DNA from: Bugula neritina
Taxonomy: Eukaryota; Animalia; Bryozoa
Assembly: GCA_964035545.1 (NCBI GenBank)
Contig: OZ037769.1
Location: forward strand, 17,656,078 to 17,720,077
DNA length: 64,000 bases
Direction of reading: 5' to 3'
The notes under the pieces are model-generated. The model was not told the origin of the DNA, did not search any database, and saw nothing but the letters and a program-made list of their open reading frames with translations. The translations under genes were made by a program, and so were the position numbers. Position 1 is the first letter of the stretch. Each line of letters starts with the position of its first letter. Below are positions 54,151 to 64,000 of this stretch, one piece after another.

Positions 54151-54677
54151 AACAAATAATAAAAAATGACAACAGACTCAAGAGAGTGCAAGCTATAGAT
54201 TAAGTGTATATATTAAGATAATTCGTTGATCAGCAACGGAAGAGGATGGGTGAAGCATACGGTTTAAAAACCATAGCCTTAAAAAGCAAAAAAGTATATA
54301 AACAATGAGGCCAATATAGTTTAAAATAGTACAAGTTTCATTCAATTTAAAATGAGGATAACTCTGTTATGCTGAAGAGTGACTGTAAGAAATGATAGAG
54401 AGGTGGAGTTGTGTACAAAACCACCAATGGAAAGTTATGTGGTTGGTATGTTAACTTCAAGCAAATATGCAAAGGTAACTTCTGAACAATTGAATGCAGC
54501 ATTATGTATCTGATCACGAGTTTGGCATACTCTCCATATATGTAGGCTTATAGTTGCTGAGTGAGCTCAGTGTAGCAAAGAGTCAGAAAACTAGCCAAAA
54601 GAGGACAACATAGGAGTATAGTTCCACTAAGTTAATCTAAAAGTTCCAATGTCATGAACAATTAATAGTTGAGTGTG

Positions 54678-57600
54678 TTTGGGGTTTGGGGTTTGGGGTT
54701 TGGGGTTTGGGGTTTGGGGTTTGGGGTTTGGGGTTTGGGGTTTGGGGTTTGGGGTTTGGGGTTTGGGGTTTGGGGTTTGGGGTTTGGGGTTTGGGGTTTG
54801 GGGTTTGGGGTTTGGGGTTTGGGGTTTGGGGTTTGGGGTTTGGGGTTTGGGGTTTGGGGTTTGGGGTTTGGGGTTTGGGGTTTGGGGTTTGGGGTTTGGG
54901 GTTTGGGGTTTGGGGTTTGGGGTTTGGGGTTTGGGGTTTGGGGTTTGGGGTTTGGGGTTTGGGGTTTGGGGTTTGGGGTTTGGGGTTTGGGGTTTGGGGT
55001 TTGGGGTTTGGGGTTTGGGGTTTGGGGTTTGGGGTTTGGGGTTTGGGGTTTGGGGTTTGGGGTTTGGGGTTTGGGGTTTGGGGTTTGGGGTTTGGGGTTT
55101 GGGGTTTGGGGTTTGGGGTTTGGGGTTTGGGGTTTGGGGTTTGGGGTTTGGGGTTTGGGGTTTGGGGTTTGGGGTTTGGGGTTTGGGGTTTGGGGTTTGG
55201 GGTTTGGGGTTTGGGGTTTGGGGTTTGGGGTTTGGGGTTTGGGGTTTGGGGTTTGGGGTTTGGGGTTTGGGGTTTGGGGTTTGGGGTTTGGGGTTTGGGG
55301 TTTGGGGTTTGGGGTTTGGGGTTTGGGGTTTGGGGTTTGGGGTTTGGGGTTTGGGGTTTGGGGTTTGGGGTTTGGGGTTTGGGGTTTGGGGTTTGGGGTT
55401 TGGGGTTTGGGGTTTGGGGTTTGGGGTTTGGGGTTTGGGGTTTGGGGTTTGGGGTTTGGGGTTTGGGGTTTGGGGTTTGGGGTTTGGGGTTTGGGGTTTG
55501 GGGTTTGGGGTTTGGGGTTTGGGGTTTGGGGTTTGGGGTTTGGGGTTTGGGGTTTGGGGTTTGGGGTTTGGGGTTTGGGGTTTGGGGTTTGGGGTTTGGG
55601 GTTTGGGGTTTGGGGTTTGGGGTTTGGGGTTTGGGGTTTGGGGTTTGGGGTTTGGGGTTTGGGGTTTGGGGTTTGGGGTTTGGGGTTTGGGGTTTGGGGT
55701 TTGGGGTTTGGGGTTTGGGGTTTGGGGTTTGGGGTTTGGGGTTTGGGGTTTGGGGTTTGGGGTTTGGGGTTTGGGGTTTGGGGTTTGGGGTTTGGGGTTT
55801 GGGGTTTGGGGTTTGGGGTTTGGGGTTTGGGGTTTGGGGTTTGGGGTTTGGGGTTTGGGGTTTGGGGTTTGGGGTTTGGGGTTTGGGGTTTGGGGTTTGG
55901 GGTTTGGGGTTTGGGGTTTGGGGTTTGGGGTTTGGGGTTTGGGGTTTGGGGTTTGGGGTTTGGGGTTTGGGGTTTGGGGTTTGGGGTTTGGGGTTTGGGG
56001 TTTGGGGTTTGGGGTTTGGGGTTTGGGGTTTGGGGTTTGGGGTTTGGGGTTTGGGGTTTGGGGTTTGGGGTTTGGGGTTTGGGGTTTGGGGTTTGGGGTT
56101 TGGGGTTTGGGGTTTGGGGTTTGGGGTTTGGGGTTTGGGGTTTGGGGTTTGGGGTTTGGGGTTTGGGGTTTGGGGTTTGGGGTTTGGGGTTTGGGGTTTG
56201 GGGTTTGGGGTTTGGGGTTTGGGGTTTGGGGTTTGGGGTTTGGGGTTTGGGGTTTGGGGTTTGGGGTTTGGGGTTTGGGGTTTGGGGTTTGGGGTTTGGG
56301 GTTTGGGGTTTGGGGTTTGGGGTTTGGGGTTTGGGGTTTGGGGTTTGGGGTTTGGGGTTTGGGGTTTGGGGTTTGGGGTTTGGGGTTTGGGGTTTGGGGT
56401 TTGGGGTTTGGGGTTTGGGGTTTGGGGTTTGGGGTTTGGGGTTTGGGGTTTGGGGTTTGGGGTTTGGGGTTTGGGGTTTGGGGTTTGGGGTTTGGGGTTT
56501 GGGGTTTGGGGTTTGGGGTTTGGGGTTTGGGGTTTGGGGTTTGGGGTTTGGGGTTTGGGGTTTGGGGTTTGGGGTTTGGGGTTTGGGGTTTGGGGTTTGG
56601 GGTTTGGGGTTTGGGGTTTGGGGTTTGGGGTTTGGGGTTTGGGGTTTGGGGTTTGGGGTTTGGGGTTTGGGGTTTGGGGTTTGGGGTTTGGGGTTTGGGG
56701 TTTGGGGTTTGGGGTTTGGGGTTTGGGGTTTGGGGTTTGGGGTTTGGGGTTTGGGGTTTGGGGTTTGGGGTTTGGGGTTTGGGGTTTGGGGTTTGGGGTT
56801 TGGGGTTTGGGGTTTGGGGTTTGGGGTTTGGGGTTTGGGGTTTGGGGTTTGGGGTTTGGGGTTTGGGGTTTGGGGTTTGGGGTTTGGGGTTTGGGGTTTG
56901 GGGTTTGGGGTTTGGGGTTTGGGGTTTGGGGTTTGGGGTTTGGGGTTTGGGGTTTGGGGTTTGGGGTTTGGGGTTTGGGGTTTGGGGTTTGGGGTTTGGG
57001 GTTTGGGGTTTGGGGTTTGGGGTTTGGGGTTTGGGGTTTGGGGTTTGGGGTTTGGGGTTTGGGGTTTGGGGTTTGGGGTTTGGGGTTTGGGGTTTGGGGT
57101 TTGGGGTTTGGGGTTTGGGGTTTGGGGTTTGGGGTTTGGGGTTTGGGGTTTGGGGTTTGGGGTTTGGGGTTTGGGGTTTGGGGTTTGGGGTTTGGGGTTT
57201 GGGGTTTGGGGTTTGGGGTTTGGGGTTTGGGGTTTGGGGTTTGGGGTTTGGGGTTTGGGGTTTGGGGTTTGGGGTTTGGGGTTTGGGGTTTGGGGTTTGG
57301 GGTTTGGGGTTTGGGGTTTGGGGTTTGGGGTTTGGGGTTTGGGGTTTGGGGTTTGGGGTTTGGGGTTTGGGGTTTGGGGTTTGGGGTTTGGGGTTTGGGG
57401 TTTGGGGTTTGGGGTTTGGGGTTTGGGGTTTGGGGTTTGGGGTTTGGGGTTTGGGGTTTGGGGTTTGGGGTTTGGGGTTTGGGGTTTGGGGTTTGGGGTT
57501 TGGGGTTTGGGGTTTGGGGTTTGGGGTTTGGGGTTTGGGGTTTGGGGTTTGGGGTTTGGGGTTTGGGGTTTGGGGTTTGGGGTTTGGGGTTTGGGGTTTG

Positions 57601-60600
57601 GGGTTTGGGGTTTGGGGTTTGGGGTTTGGGGTTTGGGGTTTGGGGTTTGGGGTTTGGGGTTTGGGGTTTGGGGTTTGGGGTTTGGGGTTTGGGGTTTGGG
57701 GTTTGGGGTTTGGGGTTTGGGGTTTGGGGTTTGGGGTTTGGGGTTTGGGGTTTGGGGTTTGGGGTTTGGGGTTTGGGGTTTGGGGTTTGGGGTTTGGGGT
57801 TTGGGGTTTGGGGTTTGGGGTTTGGGGTTTGGGGTTTGGGGTTTGGGGTTTGGGGTTTGGGGTTTGGGGTTTGGGGTTTGGGGTTTGGGGTTTGGGGTTT
57901 GGGGTTTGGGGTTTGGGGTTTGGGGTTTGGGGTTTGGGGTTTGGGGTTTGGGGTTTGGGGTTTGGGGTTTGGGGTTTGGGGTTTGGGGTTTGGGGTTTGG
58001 GGTTTGGGGTTTGGGGTTTGGGGTTTGGGGTTTGGGGTTTGGGGTTTGGGGTTTGGGGTTTGGGGTTTGGGGTTTGGGGTTTGGGGTTTGGGGTTTGGGG
58101 TTTGGGGTTTGGGGTTTGGGGTTTGGGGTTTGGGGTTTGGGGTTTGGGGTTTGGGGTTTGGGGTTTGGGGTTTGGGGTTTGGGGTTTGGGGTTTGGGGTT
58201 TGGGGTTTGGGGTTTGGGGTTTGGGGTTTGGGGTTTGGGGTTTGGGGTTTGGGGTTTGGGGTTTGGGGTTTGGGGTTTGGGGTTTGGGGTTTGGGGTTTG
58301 GGGTTTGGGGTTTGGGGTTTGGGGTTTGGGGTTTGGGGTTTGGGGTTTGGGGTTTGGGGTTTGGGGTTTGGGGTTTGGGGTTTGGGGTTTGGGGTTTGGG
58401 GTTTGGGGTTTGGGGTTTGGGGTTTGGGGTTTGGGGTTTGGGGTTTGGGGTTTGGGGTTTGGGGTTTGGGGTTTGGGGTTTGGGGTTTGGGTTTGGGGTT
58501 TGGGGTTTGGGGTTTGGGGTTTGGGGTTTGGGGTTTGGGGTTTGGGGTTTGGGGTTTGGGGTTTGGGGTTTGGGGTTTGGGGTTTGGGGTTTGGGGTTTG
58601 GGGTTTGGGGTTTGGGGTTTGGGGTTTGGGGTTTGGGGTTTGGGGTTTGGGGTTTGGGGTTTGGGGTTTGGGGTTTGGGGTTTGGGGTTTGGGGTTTGGG
58701 GTTTGGGGTTTGGGGTTTGGGGTTTGGGGTTTGGGGTTTGGGGTTTGGGGTTTGGGGTTTGGGGTTTGGGGTTTGGGGTTTGGGGTTTGGGGTTTGGGGT
58801 TTGGGGTTTGGGGTTTGGGGTTTGGGGTTTGGGGTTTGGGGTTTGGGGTTTGGGGTTTGGGGTTTGGGGTTTGGGGTTTGGGGGTTTGGGGTTTGGGGTT
58901 TGGGGTTTGGGGTTTGGGGTTTGGGGTTTGGGGTTTGGGGTTTGGGGTTTGGGGTTGGGGTTGGGGTTTGGGGTTTGGGGTTTGGGGTTTGGGGTTTGGG
59001 GTTTGGGGTTTGGGGTTTGGGGTTTGGGGTTTGGGGTTGGGGTTTGGGGTTTGGGGGTTTGGGGTTTGGGGTTTGGGGTTGGGGTTTGGGTTTGGGGGTT
59101 TGGGGTTTGGGGTTTGGGGGTTGGGGTTTGGGGTTTGGGGTTTGGGGTTTGGGGTTTGGGGTTTGGGGTTTGGGGTTTGGGGTTTGGGGTTTGGGGGTTG
59201 GGGGTTGGGGGTTGGGGTTTGGGGTTTGGGGTTTGGGGTTTGGGGTTTGGGGTTTGGGGTTTGGGGTTTGGGGTTTGGGGGTTTGGGGTTTGGGGTTTGG
59301 GGTTTGGGGTTTGGGGGTTGGGGTTTGGGGTTTGGGGTTTGGGGTTTGGGGTTTGGGGTTTGGGGTTTGGGGTTTGGGGTTTGGGGTTTTGGGGTTTGGG
59401 GTTTGGGGTTTGGGGTTTGGGGTTTGGGGGTTTGGGGTTTGGGGTTTGGGGGTTGGGGGTTTGGGGTTTGGGGTTTGGGGTTTGGGGTTTGGGGTTTGGG
59501 GTTTGGGGGTTTGGGGTTTGGGGTTTGGGGTTTGGGGTTTGGGGTTTGGGGTTTGGGGTTTGGGGTTGGGGTTTGGGGTTTGGGGTTTGGGGTTTGGGGT
59601 TTGGGGTTTGGGGTTTGGGGTTTGGGGTTTGGGGTTTGGGGTTTGGGGTTTGGGGTTTGGGGTTTGGGGTTTGGGGTTTGGGGTTTGGGGGTTTGGGGTT
59701 TGGGGTTTGGGGTTTGGGGTTTGGGGTTTGGGGTTTGGGGTTTGGGGTTTGGGGTTTGGGGTTTGGGGTTTGGGGTTTGGGGTTTGGGGTTTGGGGTTTG
59801 GGGGTTTGGGGTTTGGGGTTTGGGGTTTGGGGTTTGGGGTTGGGGTTTGGGGTTTGGGGTTTGGGGTTTGGGGTTTGGGGTTTGGGGTTTGGGGTTTGGG
59901 GTTTGGGGTTTGGGGTTTGGGGGTTTGGGGTTTGGGGTTTGGGGTTTGGGGTTTGGGGTTTGGGGTTTGGGGTTTGGGGTTTGGGGTTTGGGGTTTGGGG
60001 TTTGGGGTTTGGGGTTTGGGGTTTGGGGTTTGGGGTTTGGGGTTTGGGGTTTGGGGTTTGGGGTTTGGGGTTTGGGGTTTGGGGTTTGGGGTTTGGGGTT
60101 TGGGGTTTGGGGTTTGGGGTTTGGGGTTGGGGTTTGGGGTTTGGGGTTGGGGTTTGGGGTTTGGGGTTTGGGGTTTGGGGTTTGGGGTTTGGGGTTTGGG
60201 GTTGGGGTTTGGGGTTTGGGGTTTGGGGTTTGGGGTTTGGGGTTTGGGGTTGGGGGTTTGGGGTTTGGGGTTTGGGGTTTGGGGGTTTGGGGTTTGGGGT
60301 TTGGGGTTTGGGGTTTGGGGGTTTGGGGTTTGGGGTTTGGGGTTTGGGGTTTGGGGTTTGGGGTTTGGGGTTTGGGGTTTGGGGTTTGGGGTTTGGGGTT
60401 TGGGGTTTGGGGTTGGGGTTTGGGGTTTGGGGTTTGGGGTTGGGGTTTGGGGTTTGGGGTTTGGGGTTTGGGGTTTGGGGTTTGGGGGTTTGGGGTTTGG
60501 GGTTTGGGGTTTGGGGTTTGGGGTTTGGGGTTTGGGGTTTGGGGTTTGGGGTTTGGGGTTTGGGGTTTGGGGTTTGGGGTTTGGGGTTTGGGGTTTGGGG

Positions 60601-63600
60601 TTTGGGGTTTGGGGTTTGGGGGTTTGGGGTTTGGGTTTGGGGTTTGGGGTTTGGGGTTTGGGGTTTGGGGTTTGGGGTTTGGGGTTTGGGGTTTGGGGTT
60701 TGGGGTTTGGGGTTTGGGGTTTGGGGTTTGGGGTTTGGGGTTTGGGGTTTGGGGTTTGGGGTTTGGGGTTTGGGGTTTGGGGTTTGGGGTTTGGGGTTTG
60801 GGGTTTGGGGTTTGGGGTTTGGGTTTGGGGTTTGGGTTTGGGGTTTGGGGTTTGGGGTTTGGGGTTTGGGGTTTGGGGTTTGGGGTTTGGGGTTTGGGGT
60901 TTGGGGTTTGGGGTTTGGGGTTTGGGGTTTGGGGGTTTGGGGTTTGGGGTTTGGGGTTTGGGGTTTGGGGTTTGGGGTTTGGGGTTGGGGTTTGGGGTTT
61001 GGGGTTTGGGGTTTGGGGTTTGGGGTTTGGGGTTTTGGGGTTTGGGGTTTGGGGTTTGGGGTTTGGGGTTTGGGTTTGGGGTTTGGGGTTTGGGTTTGGG
61101 GTTTGGGGTTTGGGGTTTGGGGTTTGGGGTTTGGGGTTTGGGGTTTGGGGTTTGGGGTTTGGGGTTTGGGGTTTGGGGTTTGGGGTTGGGGTTTGGGGTT
61201 TGGGGTTTGGGGTTTGGGGTTTGGGGTTTGGGGTTTGGGGTTTGGGGTTTGGGGTTTGGGGTTTGGGGTTTGGGGTTTGGGGTTTGGGGTTTGGGGTTTG
61301 GGGTTTGGGGTTTGGGGTTTGGGGTTTGGGGTTTGGGGTTTGGGGTTTGGGGTTTGGGGTTTGGGGTTTGGGGGTTGGGGTTTGGGGTTTGGGGTTTGGG
61401 GTTTGGGGTTTGGGGTTTGGGGTTTGGGGTTTGGGGTTTGGGGTTTGGGGTTTGGGGTTTGGGGTTTGGGGTTTGGGGTTTGGGGTTTGGGGTTTGGGGT
61501 TTGGGGTTTGGGGTTTGGGGTTTGGGGTTTGGGGTTTGGGGTTTGGGGTTTGGGGTTTGGGGTTTGGGGTTTGGGGTTTGGGGTTTGGGGTTTGGGGTTT
61601 GGGGTTTGGGGTTTGGGGTTTGGGGTTTGGGGTTTGGGGTTTGGGGTTTGGGGTTTGGGGTTTGGGGTTTGGGGTTTGGGGGTTTGGGGTTTGGGGTTTG
61701 GGGTTTGGGGTTTGGGGTTTGGGGGTTGGGGTTTGGGGTTTGGGGTTTGGGGTTTGGGGTTTGGGGTTTGGGGTTTGGGGTTTGGGGTTTGGGGTTTGGG
61801 GTTTGGGGTTTGGGGTTTGGGGTTTTGGGGTTTGGGGTTTGGGGTTTGGGGTTTGGGGTTTGGGGTTTGGGGTTTGGGGTTTGGGGTTTGGGGTTTGGGG
61901 TTTGGGGTTTGGGGTTTGGGGTTTGGGGTTTGGGGTTTGGGGTTTGGGGTTTGGGGTTTGGGGGTTGGGGTATGGGGTTTGGGGTTTGGGGTTTGGGGTT
62001 TGGGGTTTGGGGTTTGGGGTTTGGGGTTTGGGGTTTGGGGTTTGGGGTTTGGGGTTTGGGGTTTGGGGTTTGGGGTTTGGGGTTTGGGGTTTGGGGTTTG
62101 GGGTTTGGGGTTTGGGGTTTGGGGTTTGGGGTTTGGGGTTTGGGGTTTGGGGTTTGGGGTTTGGGGTTTGGGGTTTGGGGTTTGGGGTTTGGGTTTGGGG
62201 TTTGGGGTTTGGGGTTTGGGGTTTGGGGTTTGGGGTTTGGGGTTTGGGGTTTGGGGTTTGGGGTTTGGGGTTTGGGGTTTGGGTTTGGGGTTTGGGGTTT
62301 GGGGTTTGGGGTTTGGGGTTTGGGGTTGGGGTTTGGGGTTTGGGGTTTGGGGTTTGGGGTTTGGGGTTTGGGGTTTGGGGTTTGGGGTTTGGGGTTTGGG
62401 GTTTGGGGTTTGGGGTTTGGGGTTTGGGGTTTGGGGTTTGGGGTTTGGGGTTTGGGGTTTGGGGTTTGGGGTTTGGGGTTTGGGGTTTGGGGTTTGGGGT
62501 TTGGGGTTTGGGGTTTGGGGTTTGGGGTTTGGGGTTTGGGGTTTGGGGTTTGGGGTTTGGGGTTTGGGGTTTGGGGTTTGGGGTTTGGGGTTTGGGGTTT
62601 GGGGTTTGGGGTTTGGGGTTTGGGGTTTGGGGTTTGGGGTTTGGGGTTTGGGGTTTGGGGTTTGGGGTTTGGGGTTTGGGGTTTGGGGTTTGGGGTTTGG
62701 GGTTTGGGGTTTGGGGTTTGGGGTTTGGGGTTTGGGGTTTGGGGTTTGGGGTTTGGGGTTTGGGGTTTGGGGTTTGGGGTTTGGGGTTTGGGGTTTGGGG
62801 TTTGGGGGTTTGGGGTTTGGGGTTTGGGGTTTGGGGTTTGGGGTTTGGGGTTTGGGGTTTGGGGTTTGGGGTTTGGGGTTTGGGGTTTGGGGTTTGGGGT
62901 TTGGGGTTGGGGTTTGGGGTTTGGGGTTTGGGGTTTGGGGTTTGGGGTTTGGGGTTTGGGGTTTGGGGTTTGGGGTTTGGGGTTTGGGGTTTGGGGTTTG
63001 GGGTTTGGGGTTTGGGGTTTGGGGTTTGGGGTTTGGGGTTTGGGGTTTGGGGTTTGGGGTTTGGGGTTTGGGGTTTGGGGTTTGGGGTTTGGGGTTTGGG
63101 GTTTGGGGTTTGGGGTTTGGGGTTTGGGGTTTGGGGTTTGGGGTTTGGGGTTTGGGGTTTGGGGTTTGGGGTTTGGGGTTTGGGGTTTGGGGTTTGGGGT
63201 TTGGGGTTTGGGGTTTGGGGTTTGGGGTTTGGGGTTTGGGGTTTGGGGTTTGGGGTTTGGGGTTTGGGGTTTGGGGTTTGGGGTTTGGGGTTTGGGGTTT
63301 GGGGTTTGGGGTTTGGGGTTTGGGGTTTGGGGTGTGGGGTTTGGGGTTTGGGGTTTGGGGTTTGGGGTTTGGGGTTTGGGGTTTGGGGTTTGGGGTTGGG
63401 GTTGGGGTTGGGGTTTGGGGTTTGGGGTTTGGGGTTTGGGGTTTGGGGTTTGGGGGTTTGGGGTTTGGGGTTTGGGGGTTGGGGTTTGGGGTTTGGGGTT
63501 TGGGGTTTGGGGGTTGGGGTTTGGGGTTTGGGGTTTGGGGTTTGGGGTTTGGGGTTTGGGGTTTGGGGTTTGGGGTTTGGGGTTTGGGGTTGGGGTTTGG

Positions 63601-64000
63601 GGTTTGGGGTTTGGGGGTTTGGGGTTTGGGGTTTGGGGTTTGGGGTTTGGGGTTTGGGGGTTTGGGGTTTGGGGTTTGGGGTTTGGGGTTTGGGGTTTGG
63701 GGTTTGGGGTTTGGGGTTTGGGGTTTGGGGTTTGGGGTGGGGTTTGGGGTTTGGGGTTTGGGGTTTGGGGTTTGGGGTTTGGGGTTTGGGGTTTGGGGTT
63801 TGGGGTTGGGGTTTGGGGTTTGGGGTTGGGGTTTGGGGTTTGGGGTTTGGGGTTTGGGGTTTGGGGTTTGGGGTTTGGGGTTTGGGGTTTGGGGTTTGGG
63901 GTTTGGGGTTTGGGGTTTGGGGTTTGGGGTTTGGGGTTTGGGGTTTGGGGTTTGGGGTTTGGGGTTTGGGGTTTGGGGTTTGGGGTTTGGGTGTTTGGGG
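54678..64000 (+). repeat. Telomere, (TTTGGGG)n, ~9.3 kb, ~1330 units
   Basis: The G-rich strand runs 5'->3' toward the window end. The array is homogeneous and terminal, and it is preceded by typical subtelomeric duplications. Confidence 0.96.

Noticed and set aside
54678-64000. Ciliate macronuclear telomere
   Set aside because: The array is multi-kilobase, the subtelomere is gene-poor and full of repeats and long introns, and it contains an animal-type retroelement.

Overview
This window is the right-hand end of an AT-rich eukaryotic chromosome, almost certainly from an invertebrate animal. It ends in about 9.3 kb of a non-canonical telomeric repeat, (TTTGGGG)n (54678-64000), which joins the subtelomere abruptly with no zone of degenerate repeats. 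From left to right: a fold-back MITE (3.1-3.5 kb); a decayed R4/Dong-type RLE non-LTR retrotransposon (5.56-8.52 kb) inside TAA/TAC-rich cryptic simple sequence; abutting 26-bp, 49/51-bp and 35-bp satellites (18.4-24.4 kb); an isolated transmembrane-coding exon with a likely terminal exon (24.4-25.4 kb); a tRNA-like Pol III head; and a ~24 kb segmental-repeat complex. That complex has one forward copy (28.3-33.2 kb) facing about four mosaic tandem reverse copies (35.1-52.1 kb), forming a large imperfect palindrome. Its centre holds two convergent, intron-containing pseudogene fragments of proteasome subunit beta-7 (PSMB7/beta2). The unit also carries an E-box/ARE-rich promoter-like patch and several non-coding exon-like blocks. 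A CpG-rich promoter-like patch lies ~0.55 kb from the telomere. No intact full-length protein-coding gene is visible, and most ORF-track entries are repeat-derived artefacts. All alignments were done by eye.
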